Assembly (NCBI GenBank): GCA_030646915.1
Contig: JAUSKT010000001.1
Location: 1-63,434, forward strand
Direction of reading: 5' to 3'
Source of the DNA: a bacterium
Lineage (GTDB): Bacteria > Patescibacteriota > Minisyncoccia > UBA6257 > 02-FULL-45-10c
DNA length: 63,434 nucleotides
The first letter of the stretch is position 1; each line of letters begins with the position of its first letter. The notes under the pieces are model-generated. The model made no database searches and was not told where the DNA came from. It saw nothing but the letters and a program-made list of their open reading frames with translations. The position numbers and the translations under genes were made by a program. Shown here one piece after another: positions 35,334 to 45,031 of this stretch.

Positions 35334-35618
35334 TTATCTGCCGGTCCGCTCGAAGTACTCTTTGGACGCCGTGATGCAGAAGAAGTTCGTCCAGTCTCCC
35401 GAGTCATAGACGTCGTACGTGATGCAATGCGTATGGAAATACTCGGGTTCGATCTGGATCTCTTCCATCGTGATGCCAGGCCACTTGGCCTGGATCTTTT
35501 CGTAAAGCTCCTGAAAGTTCATGCCCAGAGTCCCTTCGATGTAGAGGGTCTCTTTGGTTTCCTCGGGCCAGCGCTGTGCATCTTGTTCCCTATAGCTTCT
35601 CTCGGTTATCGCAGCCAT
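35334..35618 (-). CDS. Small acidic hypothetical protein, GC-richer, with own promoter and terminator
   Basis: AGGAG upstream; hairpin CGCCCATTACC..GGTAATGGGCG at 35290-35318. Confidence 0.7.
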   Translation of the reverse strand: MAAITERSYREQDAQRWPEETKETLYIEGTLGMNFQELYEKIQAKWPGITMEEIQIEPEYFHTHCITYDVYDSGDWTNFFCITASKEYFERTGR

Positions 35619-35720
35619 GATAATCTCCTATTTATAAATTTAACTTCTGAACTAATGATAGTATAATATATTTTCTTTAATCTGTCAAACAAAAATAAAA
35701 AAACCGGCTTATATAGCCGG

Positions 35721-35930
35721 TCATTTGTAGAGTCGGATGCTTTTAACAATGTATTCCAAATTACCAACGTGGGTTGAGATTAGTAATGCATCGGCAATTT
35801 TCTTTGCTGATTCCCTAGCTTTCTTAATATCCAAACTCCACAACAAAACAACAATAATATCTTCTGTTTTATCTTTTCTAAGGTTTATCCCTTCAGCGGT
35901 TTGTAAAAGTTCAATTCTGTAGTGCTTCAT
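35721..35930 (-). CDS. Small hypothetical protein resembling the 10.8-12.3 kb array family
   Basis: MKHYRIEL...DIKKARESAKKI...IVKSIRL; CCGGCT..AGCCGG terminator followed by TTGACA. Confidence 0.6.
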   Translation of the reverse strand: MKHYRIELLQTAEGINLRKDKTEDIIVVLLWSLDIKKARESAKKIADALLISTHVGNLEYIVKSIRLYK

Positions 35931-35995
35931 CCAAATCTCCTTTTCAAAAATCTTAACTACAAATATCCTACAAAAAAATCAAAATTAAATCAACC

Positions 35996-38900
35996 CTACT
36001 CCTCAAAATAAATTTTCTTATTATAAGCCGCTACTTTATTAAAATTGCTCCCGCTTAAACTATAAAATCCTAAAGTAATATAATCGCTCGTAGAAAAAGT
36101 ATGAGTGATAGTGCCGCTGTCGCTAAAAACTCCCAAAACATTTGTGGATAAATCCATTTGTCCTAAAGTCAAACTATTTCTGGAATATCTTGTACTTAAT
36201 CCAGAACCGCTAGTCAGGCAACTGCTTGAATTATGCATTAATAATCCTCCAAGTATAGTGGCATTGTTATTATCGCAAGCGCTATAACCTAAACTTAAAA
36301 CTGTATTAACTCCGCCAATTCCCCAGCGTTCAACAAAATTAGAAAAGGACGAACTGACCGGCGGCGATTGATTTAAAAAGAAAATAATCGCGCTTGGCGT
36401 CCCGCTTGCCATAAACGGATACGGATTAGAACTAAAAGCGACAGCTACCGAAGAACTGCTGGTTAAATGCCCCCAGCGAATATTATTTAATCCATACGGA
36501 GGCGGCGTTTCCGGAACCGAAAAAACTGCTGTAACGGATTGAGAAATATCTCCAAAATCATCTTTGGCGCGAAGAGCAATATTATAAGTTTTACCCGGTT
36601 CAACACTAATATTTAAACTTGTCCCAAAAACAGCTGTCCAGCCGCTATCGCTTAACGTAGTAGTGGAATAATTAATTTGATAAGTAATTAATGCATCTAA
36701 AGTATCAGCATCTTTAGAACTATCCCATGTAGCCGCTAAAATCGAAGTGGTTGCATTATGGCTTAAACTTAGGTTACTTGGTGTTGCTGGAGCTTGATGG
36801 ACTGGCGCTATATTTTGGAAAAAATATTTATTTCTATCCAATGCGGCCAAATTAAATTTCTGATCTCCTCCGCCAGAACTAGCCAAGGAATACATCGCAA
36901 CTGTAACAAAATCTTGCGAAGTAAAGGTAATGCCGCTGGTAGTGGTGGCCAGCTCCAATAAAATATAGGGGTCTTCCAAATTACTCCAACTAAACGCCCT
37001 ATTCTCTACGCCGCCGCCATTAGAACATCGCGAAAAACTGTCTGGAAGAACTAATGAGTAATAGCGGGAATTACCTCCAGTACAATTTTCATATCTTATA
37101 TCTAAAACTCCAGCGGTATTAGCCGGCTGCCAATTATTGACAGTATTTAATACCAGCTCTTTCGGCGCATCTTTATTAAGATAAAATACCAAAATCTTCC
37201 AGCTACTCCAGATGCCAGTTTGATAAATATCTGGCACAAAAGGATAATTATTATAATAAAAATCCAAAAGATATTTCTGGCTGGTAGAACTGCGGGTATC
37301 GTGATAAAAATATAAGTTAGTCAGCGGACTCGCGGCATTAATACTGGCAATTGTAGCATTGGATAATAAATTTTCCCGATCTTTGGCTAAAATATTAAAA
37401 TAAAAATCTGTCCCGACTTCATTAATTTTAAATTTATAGGTGGTGGTTGAATTTAATTCTATTAAAGATTTTAGGGTGTCCGGCGAAGAGGTTCCGTAAT
37501 TTAAAATATATTTTATAGTAGAGGTGGATTCAGAATAATCTTTAGATTGATCCCAATTTAAAATCAGCTCCATCGTGCTGGAGCTGTAACTTACATTAAA
37601 ATTTGCTGCCACAGTCGGCTGGCTGCGGGGTTCTGGAAAACTTTTGGAATTTTGGGGATTGGAAGCTGCGCGAATTTCAAAATCACTGCTGTTGCTATTA
37701 GTATCACAACTATTTCCAAGAAATTCGCCACTGCCACTTGCTGAAACACAGCCAGAAGAAAAAACTTTTCTCTCTAAACTCTGATTTGCTCCTGGATTAG
37801 TTGCAAAAACTGTTCCTTCAACAAAATTAGACTGGTTTTCTCCCCAACCAACGCTATCAATAATAATCCCTGTATCTGCCGGGCCTTGCCGAAGCGCAAT
37901 TCCATTGTCATCAGCTATTGTTGCAGTTGTCGTCGCATCTGGCGCAACCGCAATACTTGTGTAATTACTTGATGCCCAAAGATAAAATCCTTTTGCTGGA
38001 ACAAATTCATCGCCAATCCAAGATTTAATTGAGGTATCGGAAGTTCCAGTTTTAGTTCTTTTTACCAACCGATATCCGTTTAAATTTATCGGTAAATTGG
38101 TAGAATTATAAAGTTCCACAAAATCATTAGTAGTTTGACCAGCGCCGCCAGTAGTTTGCACCTCACTGATTACCAAATGGTTTGCTTGCTCTGAGCTAGT
38201 CGAAGGGTTGTCATTATTTATCGTAGTTGTTGTCGCAGCCGCAGTCGCAGTCGAATTAGTTTCTGTGCTAATTACATTTTGAGTAACACCGCCAGATTGA
38301 AAAACTACTGCCGGGCTATTTTCTGCTTTTGGCGTTCCCATCATTAATAAAGAACCAAGAGTTTGGCCGTTGCCATTATAAGTATTCCAACTTAAATTAA
38401 TCTGGCGTTCCATTGTCCGCCGCGCTTCAGAAATTCCTGCTGGCCAATCTGTCGCCGCCATAATCTCATCTATTAAATTGCAATCACTATCAAAAAGCCT
38501 TAGGCCCTCATTAGTATTAGAAAGCGCTCCGGAATAAATTACATCGGCAGTAATCGTGGGCGCTGAACTATCATCTGTGCGCTCCAAAAGTAAAAATCCG
38601 CCAGCCGGAACTTTTTTATTTTCTAGGGTAATTTTAATCTGTTCCCCCTGATCCAATAATTGCCATCCGGAAATATCCAGCGGAACTCCGGAAATATTTT
38701 TAAGTTCAATCCACTCGTCATTTGCGCTATTAGCAGTCCCCATCCAGGCAACTTCATTAATTAATAAATTTTGATGGCTGGGTGTCTTATTAGTATTATA
38801 AGTGCAGACTTGGATTGGTTTTAATGGGGTGCTAGCAGTTTGAGTATTAGTATTTAAAACATTAGTTGTTGGCAGTTTATTATCAGCAAGCGCCTGCCCC

Positions 38901-40045
38901 GCAACGCTCTCGGTGGCATCTTCATCTTGCGTATCTGAAGTATTTAAATTTTCTTGCGGACTATTAGATTGATTAATTTCATTATTAAGAAAATTATTTG
39001 CAATCACTCTATTTGTCTTTTCGGCGACTGCCGTATTATTTAAATTAATTTCAGATAAAAGTGCTAAACCGCTAGTGTTAATGCCCTTATTCACGAGTTC
39101 TTTTAAAAAAGTTCCAGCTATAACAGCGCCATTTTGAAGAGCAGCAAGGGCTGAAATAGAATCGTTATATACAGTCTCTCCAACCAACGCGATAGTTCCA
39201 TTCGCTGCCACTACGCCAGCGGCCGCAGTGTCGGCAACTGCAAAAACAGATTTTTGGGCGTAATAAGTTAAACTTTTTGCCGGAGGCGTAAAACAGCCGG
39301 CATTGGCTAAGTTTGTAATTTCCGTGGCAACAAGTTTTTTAAGAACATTCTCGCTGTCAGAAACTATGCGGGCTGAATCATTAGCAAGATATACTCCGCT
39401 AAAAGAATGTCCTCCAAAAGAATTAGCCGCCTCCTCTGCCGTAAGAGGAATATTGATATTAGCAGAAAGCGGCTGTTTAGCTCCAATTTTAAAAGCCGCC
39501 CCACGGACAGCATTTATGACTTTATCATTTTCTGAAGTAAGATATTTTCCACTTGCAGTGAGCTGTGCCGAACTGTCGCCTGAAACAGAACTAGCGGGCG
39601 TTGCAATATTATATACTCCAACTGACTCCTTTGATTCGCCGTTCTTTAGAAGATAATTATAAATTTCATTTGTATAAAAAGTTCCCTGCGAATGCCCCAC
39701 TAGAAGAATTTTTCGAGTAGTCACTTCCGGATATATCTGAAGAAGAATTGTGTCACGATCGTAGTTATTAATAGAAGAACCAAGTAGTTGAGACGCTGAT
39801 TCAATTAAATCGCCAGCGCCAGCAAGATGAGATTGATTGTAGCCGTTAGTAAATTTTAGAGAATAATCACCAGTATTTTTTATATATTCAACTTGTAACG
39901 TGCCTAAATCTTTTTTAGCATCAGAATAATTTGTTAATATTCCATTAACATAAACCACCGTCGCACCAGAAGAACTACAAGAAGCAAAAACAACAAAGGG
40001 GAAAGATATAATAACAATTACTAAAATAAAAATCCGCATATTCAA
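35996..40045 (-). CDS. Large secreted protein: alpha/beta-hydrolase-like domain, two lamin-tail domains and FN3-like repeats
   Basis: Signal peptide, VYVNGI...LVGHSQG (GxSxG), LINEVAW...DEWIELKN, VISEVQ...DFVELYN, PATPSNL...WD. Confidence 0.82.
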   Translation of the reverse strand: MNMRIFILVIVIISFPFVVFASCSSSGATVVYVNGILTNYSDAKKDLGTLQVEYIKNTGDYSLKFTNGYNQSHLAGAGDLIESASQLLGSSINNYDRDTILLQIYPEVTTRKILLVGHSQGTFYTNEIYNYLLKNGESKESVGVYNIATPASSVSGDSSAQLTASGKYLTSENDKVINAVRGAAFKIGAKQPLSANINIPLTAEEAANSFGGHSFSGVYLANDSARIVSDSENVLKKLVATEITNLANAGCFTPPAKSLTYYAQKSVFAVADTAAAGVVAANGTIALVGETVYNDSISALAALQNGAVIAGTFLKELVNKGINTSGLALLSEINLNNTAVAEKTNRVIANNFLNNEINQSNSPQENLNTSDTQDEDATESVAGQALADNKLPTTNVLNTNTQTASTPLKPIQVCTYNTNKTPSHQNLLINEVAWMGTANSANDEWIELKNISGVPLDISGWQLLDQGEQIKITLENKKVPAGGFLLLERTDDSSAPTITADVIYSGALSNTNEGLRLFDSDCNLIDEIMAATDWPAGISEARRTMERQINLSWNTYNGNGQTLGSLLMMGTPKAENSPAVVFQSGGVTQNVISTETNSTATAAATTTTINNDNPSTSSEQANHLVISEVQTTGGAGQTTNDFVELYNSTNLPINLNGYRLVKRTKTGTSDTSIKSWIGDEFVPAKGFYLWASSNYTSIAVAPDATTTATIADDNGIALRQGPADTGIIIDSVGWGENQSNFVEGTVFATNPGANQSLERKVFSSGCVSASGSGEFLGNSCDTNSNSSDFEIRAASNPQNSKSFPEPRSQPTVAANFNVSYSSSTMELILNWDQSKDYSESTSTIKYILNYGTSSPDTLKSLIELNSTTTYKFKINEVGTDFYFNILAKDRENLLSNATIASINAASPLTNLYFYHDTRSSTSQKYLLDFYYNNYPFVPDIYQTGIWSSWKILVFYLNKDAPKELVLNTVNNWQPANTAGVLDIRYENCTGGNSRYYSLVLPDSFSRCSNGGGVENRAFSWSNLEDPYILLELATTTSGITFTSQDFVTVAMYSLASSGGGDQKFNLAALDRNKYFFQNIAPVHQAPATPSNLSLSHNATTSILAATWDSSKDADTLDALITYQINYSTTTLSDSGWTAVFGTSLNISVEPGKTYNIALRAKDDFGDISQSVTAVFSVPETPPPYGLNNIRWGHLTSSSSVAVAFSSNPYPFMASGTPSAIIFFLNQSPPVSSSFSNFVERWGIGGVNTVLSLGYSACDNNNATILGGLLMHNSSSCLTSGSGLSTRYSRNSLTLGQMDLSTNVLGVFSDSGTITHTFSTSDYITLGFYSLSGSNFNKVAAYNKKIYFEE

Positions 40046-40046
40046 A

Positions 40047-40640
40047 TTAATTGGTAAATGTATTTGGATTAATATCGCAATAATTCGAATTAGGAAGAGT
40101 GTATGATGTCATAAATTTCTTATATAAATCCTCCTTAGTTTTTTTACGAATCTCTGTATTAAACACAAGCTTTTCAATTTCTTGAGTTCGCTCCAAATCT
40201 AAAATACAAATATTTCCCCTACCCTCTTCCTGAATCGTAGCTACTAATGTTTCGCTATTAAACACATTAGCTAATTCATTCTGCAGTGCCATCGCATACT
40301 GCAATTCCGCCGCGCGGATGCGGGCAGAATCAGGATGAAGTTTAAAAATAGCGAGCTCTACATCATCGCGAATGCCATTATTATTAGCGTCAATTCCTTC
40401 AATAGTAGCGTCTTTTAAAGCTGGGTCGGGTTTCGGTGGCAAATTCTCCCCCATAACATCCGCCAAAGTAATTTTCTGCGCCTGTATTTTCTTCACAACT
40501 TCCTCCGTCTTCTGGCGTTCCATCACGGCCGGTATGCGATAAATAACCAAACCAGCAAAAAGTATAAAAATAATTGTAAGCGGGATACGTACAGCGTAAC
40601 TAATGCGATAAACAAGTTTAAAAAAGTCTTTGAAAAACAT
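40047..40640 (-). CDS. Membrane-anchored hypothetical protein with DANNNGIRDD (Ca-binding-like) motif
   Basis: One TM segment; GIDANNNGIRDDVE; ends 1 bp before the hydrolase-domain gene. Confidence 0.75.
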   Translation of the reverse strand: MFFKDFFKLVYRISYAVRIPLTIIFILFAGLVIYRIPAVMERQKTEEVVKKIQAQKITLADVMGENLPPKPDPALKDATIEGIDANNNGIRDDVELAIFKLHPDSARIRAAELQYAMALQNELANVFNSETLVATIQEEGRGNICILDLERTQEIEKLVFNTEIRKKTKEDLYKKFMTSYTLPNSNYCDINPNTFTN

Positions 40641-40704
40641 ACGCTGACTATTCTACTTTATATTAAAAACTTCGTCAATATCCGCTGAATACTTAGAATT
40701 ACTA

Positions 40705-40746
40705 TCCACCTCCTTATATTTGCTATAGCAAATATAAGGAGGTGGA
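40705..40746. repeat. 42-bp perfect palindrome downstream of the PaaX/Cas2-like gene
   Basis: TCCACCTCCTTATATTTGCTA|TAGCAAATATAAGGAGGTGGA. Confidence 0.95.
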
Positions 40747-40779
40747 ATTTAAAATTTTAAAAAAACAATTAATAAGTTA

Positions 40780-41343
40780 TTAACTAGATAATAACTTATT
40801 AAAAATCTTTCTTAAATGAAAATCGTTATCTATGTCAGAAATAACTAATTGACGAAGGTGGGGTCGTATTTGATAAAACTCTATTAAAAAATCAATTTCA
40901 TTTTTACAATCATATGGATAAATAAATACACTTTTTTGATATTGAAAAAATCCTAAACGCTTTAAATGAAAACGTAATACTTCTCTAATTTTCTTTTTAC
41001 TATCGGGGATATCAAAAAGGACCATTCGCCATTTTCCATCCCACTTAATCGGTTTTTTAATATTCATATCTTCTAATTTGTATTCTAAAACCTTCTTATT
41101 GCCGCTATCTTTTAAAGTTATTTTAATTCTGCCATCTACTAACTCTTTCATATCAATTAATCTATTTTTGTAAAGTCCTTCAATAGCCCTTCTTAGAGAT
41201 TCCTCCTCAATCTTTTTCCATTCCCTATCTATACCCCTCAAGGTTCGAGATCGTTGTCCTGGCGTATAGCAAAGCCCAAGAGATAGATGCTTAAAAAGCA
41301 AAATAAGGATCTTTTTTTGAATTATTCCGATTCCACGCGACAT
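40780..41343 (-). CDS. PaaX-like protein (wHTH plus Cas2-like domain)
   Basis: LRRAIEGLYKNRLI (wHTH) followed by WDGKWRMVLFDIP...REVLR..LKRLGF.QYQKSVF. Confidence 0.88.
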   Translation of the reverse strand: MSRGIGIIQKKILILLFKHLSLGLCYTPGQRSRTLRGIDREWKKIEEESLRRAIEGLYKNRLIDMKELVDGRIKITLKDSGNKKVLEYKLEDMNIKKPIKWDGKWRMVLFDIPDSKKKIREVLRFHLKRLGFFQYQKSVFIYPYDCKNEIDFLIEFYQIRPHLRQLVISDIDNDFHLRKIFNKLLSS

Positions 41344-41382
41344 ATAAAAATTAATTAAATTTATTATAAAGTAATAGTATAT

Positions 41383-41420
41383 TACCTCCTTATACTTGCT
41401 ATAGCAAGTATAAGGAGGTA
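41383..41420. repeat. 38-bp perfect palindrome upstream of the PaaX/Cas2-like gene
   Basis: TACCTCCTTATACTTGCTA|TAGCAAGTATAAGGAGGTA. Confidence 0.95.
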
Positions 41421-41453
41421 TGGATATTACACATTAAAAATATGAGTATAGTG

Positions 41454-41837
41454 TTATGCTTTCTTCTCTAGCTCTAAACAAACAGAATTTATGCAATAGC
41501 GTTTGCCGCCTTTTTCTTCCGGGCCGTCATCAAAGACATGGCCAAGATGGGAGCCGCAATTTTTGCAAATTACTTCTGTCCGCTTCATGCCGTAAGCATT
41601 ATCTTCTTTAAGTTCAATATTCTTTAAATTTGCCGGCTCGGTAAAACTCGGCCAGCCGGTTCCGGAATCAAATTTAGCATCAGAAGAAAAAAGTTCTGCT
41701 CGGCACGCTGCGCACTTATACATTCCCATTGAATGCTCATTTACATATTTTCCAGTAAATGGAGCTTCGGTCCCCTTTTCTCTTAAAACCCTGTATTGCT
41801 CTTGGGTTAATTTATTTTTTAATTCTTGCTCGTCCAT
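41454..41837 (-). CDS. msrB: Peptide-methionine (R)-S-oxide reductase
   Basis: GTEAPF, KFDSGTGWPSF, HLGHVFDDGP, RYCINS. Confidence 0.97.
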   Translation of the reverse strand: MDEQELKNKLTQEQYRVLREKGTEAPFTGKYVNEHSMGMYKCAACRAELFSSDAKFDSGTGWPSFTEPANLKNIELKEDNAYGMKRTEVICKNCGSHLGHVFDDGPEEKGGKRYCINSVCLELEKKA

Positions 41838-41838
41838 A

Positions 41839-42183
41839 TTATGAGGTTTTATTTTTTAATTTTCGGCGGAATTTCAAAACCATTATTGTTCCAAATATTA
41901 AAAATACTGGAAATAATATTACTGCCAAAGAAAAATTTCCGCTAAATTTAGAACTCAAAATGATAGAAGTTATTAAAGAAATAGCTAAAGTACTTAAAAA
42001 TCCGCTAATTAAAAAAGGCCTAAGTTTTTTACGCTTATAAAAATAAATCGAAAGCCCTAAGGTAAAAAGCCCTAAAGCTGAAATTATTAATATCGCAAAA
42101 ATAAAAATCAATACTACTTTTACAAGCGCTACTCCAATCCCCTCAGCTAACCCCCTCCCCAATGCCTGGCTAAATTGATTCAT
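41839..42183 (-). CDS. Small three-TM membrane protein
   Basis: Hydrophobic ORF with operon-like spacing. Confidence 0.65.
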   Translation of the reverse strand: MNQFSQALGRGLAEGIGVALVKVVLIFIFAILIISALGLFTLGLSIYFYKRKKLRPFLISGFLSTLAISLITSIILSSKFSGNFSLAVILFPVFLIFGTIMVLKFRRKLKNKTS

Positions 42184-42191
42184 AAATAATA

Positions 42192-42410
42192 CTATAGGAT
42201 TTCCACTATTTTATTTTTAGCAGCATGACCAGAAACAATTCTTAATTTTGATTTAGAGATTTTAAAATATTCTGCCAAAGCATCCAGAATCGCCAAATTA
42301 GCTTTTCCGTCCCGTGGCCGCTCTCTGACAGAAATTTCAAAGTGGTTTTCGCTGACTTTCCTTACTTTCTCTAATTTTGAGCCTGGCTTTGCCTTAACAA
42401 AAATTTTCAC
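42192..42410 (-). CDS. DUF167 / UPF0235 protein
   Basis: VKAKPGS, PRDGKAN, IVSGH..KNK. Confidence 0.9.
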   Translation of the reverse strand: MKIFVKAKPGSKLEKVRKVSENHFEISVRERPRDGKANLAILDALAEYFKISKSKLRIVSGHAAKNKIVEIL

Positions 42411-42425
42411 GCTATAGAACTCGTC

Positions 42426-43349
42426 TTATTTATTTTTATTAAGATAATCGTAAATATTCAATACGGCTTTTATTGCATCACCCGCAGAAATATTGTTCTG
42501 CTTGTATAAAACATCACTGACATCCCCAGCAGCCCAAATGCCCGGTAAAGAACTCATTTGAGTTTTGTGATCCACTATAATTTGTCCCCGCTCATCTATT
42601 TTCACTAAATCTTTTGCTAAATCAGAATTGGGGGCAGAACCGATTTCTACAAATACGCCGTCTAATTTTAATTCTTTAATTTCATTTTTATTTTTATCTG
42701 AGTATTTCAAGCCAGTAACAAATTCATTCCCTAAAATTTCTTTAACTTCAGCCTGATAAATAATTTCCACCTTAGAGTTATTTTTTATCTCTTCAAAAGT
42801 AACCTGATCGCCTTTTATTTTATCGCTCCTAACCAATAAATAAACTTTATTTGCGTAAGGAAAAAGATCGCGAACCGCTTCCAAGGCAGCATTGCCAGCG
42901 CCAACCACGGCTACGATTTTTCCGCCAAAAAGCGGGGCATCGCAAGTGGAACAATAAACAACGCCCTTTCCATTTAACCTATCTTCTCCTAGAACACCTA
43001 ATTTCTTATGATGACTTCCAGAACACACTAGGACAGTTTTAGTTTCAAAATTTTTACCAGTTTTAGTGCTAACTTTAAAATTTCTATCTTTTAATTTCTC
43101 AACTTTATCCACTAAATCGCCATCCAAAATTTCAATCCCTTCCTGAGACCGCAAATGCTCTTCCAAATTTTTTGCCAGATCAAATCCAGAAAGAGATGCT
43201 GCACCGATCCAATTTTGGATATCCGAAGAAACTAAAGATTGGCCCCCGAAACTTTTCGCAATAAGAAGCGCTTTAATCTTTTTTCTGGCAGCATAAACAC
43301 CGGAAGCAACACCAGCCGGACCGCCACCAATAATAACTAAGTCGTACAT
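42426..43349 (-). CDS. trxB: Thioredoxin reductase-like FAD oxidoreductase
   Basis: GGGPAG, CSTCD, VGAGNAA, WAAGD. Confidence 0.9.
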   Translation of the reverse strand: MYDLVIIGGGPAGVASGVYAARKKIKALLIAKSFGGQSLVSSDIQNWIGAASLSGFDLAKNLEEHLRSQEGIEILDGDLVDKVEKLKDRNFKVSTKTGKNFETKTVLVCSGSHHKKLGVLGEDRLNGKGVVYCSTCDAPLFGGKIVAVVGAGNAALEAVRDLFPYANKVYLLVRSDKIKGDQVTFEEIKNNSKVEIIYQAEVKEILGNEFVTGLKYSDKNKNEIKELKLDGVFVEIGSAPNSDLAKDLVKIDERGQIIVDHKTQMSSLPGIWAAGDVSDVLYKQNNISAGDAIKAVLNIYDYLNKNK

Positions 43350-43588
43350 TATTTAAGACCTAAAGCCCTTTCTAATTCCGAACGATTGAATCCAACGTGA
43401 ACTTCTCCACCAATATCAATCACTGGTACGCCAAGTTGGTGAGATTTTTGCACCATTTCTTCCCGCGCAGCATCATCTTCAGCAACATTATGCTCCTCAT
43501 ATTGAACATTATTTTTATTAAAAAATTCTTTTGCCATCTTGCAATAAACGCAGGTTGGAGTGGAATAAATAACAACTGATTTTGACAT
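43349..43588 (-). CDS. Glutaredoxin-like protein (NrdH/YruB type)
   Basis: YSTPTCVYC, GVPVI. Confidence 0.92.
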   Translation of the reverse strand: MSKSVVIYSTPTCVYCKMAKEFFNKNNVQYEEHNVAEDDAAREEMVQKSHQLGVPVIDIGGEVHVGFNRSELERALGLK

Positions 43589-43677
43589 ATAAAATTTAAT
43601 TTTTAAGTTAATTAATTGACCTTATTAATATTATAACATAGTAACCCGAGGCAATGTTATAATTAAGTGACAATCCA

Positions 43678-45018
43678 ATGAATTCCTTTTCTAGGCTTAA
43701 GCAAATTATATTGATTTTCGGCGACATATTAATTTTATATGCTGCCCTTATTTTAACGCTATGGTTAAGATACGATAAACTTTTCTACAAGCAATTTTTT
43801 GATTATCACCTAGGACCATTTACTTTTATTTTTATAATTTGGACTATCTGTTTTTATATTGCCGGACTTTATGACTTAAAATCTTTGAAAAATGGCTTTG
43901 AATTTGAACAAAAATTCATTTATGCTTTATTTTTTAATTTCATCATCGGAGTCTCGATATTCTATCTTATTCCATATTTTGGGATTGAACCGAGAAGAAA
44001 TCTAATAATTCTCTTTTTAATTTTTGGGCCGACTAATTATATCTGGCGAAGAATCTATAATTTTATTTTAGCCAGATCTGGAACGGCAAATAGAGTGCTA
44101 TTAATTGGAATTAACAAAACAACTGAAGAAATATCGGAAAAAATTGAGGCTAATCCGCAACTCGGATACAAAATAAAATACTGGATGAAAGAAGGATTGG
44201 GTGATAAAGAATTCGACCACATAGCTCAAATAATTATTTCCCAAAATATCAATACCCTGGTTATTCCCGCGCATCTTAAAAAAGACACTAAAGCGGCGAA
44301 ATTAATATATAAAACTTTAAGTTTGGGAATCGAAATTATGGATCTTTCTACTCTTCATGAAGAAATACTCCAAAAAGTTCCTCTAGCTGAACTCGAAGAG
44401 GTATGGTTTTTAGAAAACTTAATTAAAAAACATAAAATCTATAAAATTATTAGCGAGCCAATTGAAAGAATTTTTGCTTTTTTATTAGGAATAATTTTAT
44501 TGCCAATTTTACTTATTGTCGCCATTTTAATTAAAATTACCTCTCATGGATCTGCTTTTTTCAGCCAGCGACGAATTGGAAAAGGCGGAAAAGAGTTTAC
44601 CATTTGGAAATTCAGGACAATGGTGTCAGACGCGGAAAAAGACGGGGCAAAATGGGCAAATTACCACAACGATCCAAGGGTGACAACTTTAGGAAAAATC
44701 CTTCGCTGGAGCCACTTGGATGAGTTACCCCAGCTTTATAACATAATACGCGGTGAAATCTCTTTTGTCGGACCAAGGCCGGAACAGCCGGAATTTGTAG
44801 AAAAACTCCAAAAAGAATTGCCTTTTTACGATCTACGACATTTGACCAAGCCCGGCATCACGGGCTGGGCGCAAATTAATTACCGCTATGCCGCTTCAAC
44901 AACCGATTCTTACCAAAAACTGCAATATGATATCTACTATATTAAAAATAATTCCCCTTTATTGGATTTTCTAATTATTTTAAAAACAATAAAATTTCTA
45001 ATCACTAATCATAGCTGA
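43678..45018 (+). CDS. Polyprenyl-phosphate sugar phosphotransferase (WbaP/WcaJ-like)
   Basis: KFRTM, DPRVT, LDELPQL, SFVGPRP, KPGITGWAQ. Confidence 0.93.
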   Translation: MNSFSRLKQIILIFGDILILYAALILTLWLRYDKLFYKQFFDYHLGPFTFIFIIWTICFYIAGLYDLKSLKNGFEFEQKFIYALFFNFIIGVSIFYLIPYFGIEPRRNLIILFLIFGPTNYIWRRIYNFILARSGTANRVLLIGINKTTEEISEKIEANPQLGYKIKYWMKEGLGDKEFDHIAQIIISQNINTLVIPAHLKKDTKAAKLIYKTLSLGIEIMDLSTLHEEILQKVPLAELEEVWFLENLIKKHKIYKIISEPIERIFAFLLGIILLPILLIVAILIKITSHGSAFFSQRRIGKGGKEFTIWKFRTMVSDAEKDGAKWANYHNDPRVTTLGKILRWSHLDELPQLYNIIRGEISFVGPRPEQPEFVEKLQKELPFYDLRHLTKPGITGWAQINYRYAASTTDSYQKLQYDIYYIKNNSPLLDFLIILKTIKFLITNHS

Positions 45019-45031
45019 AATTTTTTGAAAA

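Noticed and set aside
40705..41420. CRISPR-Cas locus suggested by the Cas2-like domain and two repeats
   Set aside because: Only two palindromes about 640 bp apart enclosing a gene; no spacer array and no cas1 or effector gene in the window.
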